DNA from: Amoebidium appalachense
Taxonomy: Eukaryota; Protista; Ichthyosporea
Length of the DNA: 64,000 nt
Reading direction: 5' to 3'
NCBI GenBank assembly: GCA_963693365.1
Contig: CAVNZM010000009.1
Location: 2,544,231 to 2,608,230, forward strand
The notes beneath the pieces are model-generated. The model was not told the DNA's origin. It searched no databases and was given only the letters and a program-made list of their open reading frames with translations. Of this stretch, positions 63,896-64,000 are shown one piece after another. Within the stretch, counting starts at the first letter, position 1, and each line of letters opens with the position of its first letter. Position numbers and translations under genes: made by a program.

Positions 63896-64000
63896 TATCC
63901 CCTGGTAGATGTTTTCCTTGCATGGCGAGGAAGACATGTACACGAGCAAATTGTTACATCCCAAGCTTGCAATGAGAACGCTTACCCCCCCCCCCCCCCC

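Overview
This is eukaryotic, intron-rich genomic DNA packed with poly-C/G, (CA/GT)n and (GA)n tracts, so most ORFs in the six-frame track are microsatellite artefacts. The gene content suggests a unicellular holozoan or similar protist (inference only). Gene models were built by hand from GT-AG junctions and reading-frame continuity. They comprise a secreted protein (partial), a selenophosphate synthetase SPS2 with an in-frame UGA (Sec) and a candidate 3'UTR SECIS, and a divergently transcribed AT-hook/CxHG zinc-repeat gene. There is also a partial duplicate of that head-to-head pair, a GT47 exostosin-like gene, a cyclin, a two-finger GATA factor and the 3' part of a cathepsin Z-like protease. 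Mobile DNA includes a tRNA-derived SINE-like element, a foldback element, 35-50 bp hAT-like micro-MITEs with 8-bp TSDs and a 5'-truncated LINE. The main unexplained signal is a family of short intronic elements with core CTGA(G/T)GATGGGCTCTG. They sit between poly-C tracts, and all 13 copies I could assign to a host gene (six genes) are in the sense orientation.
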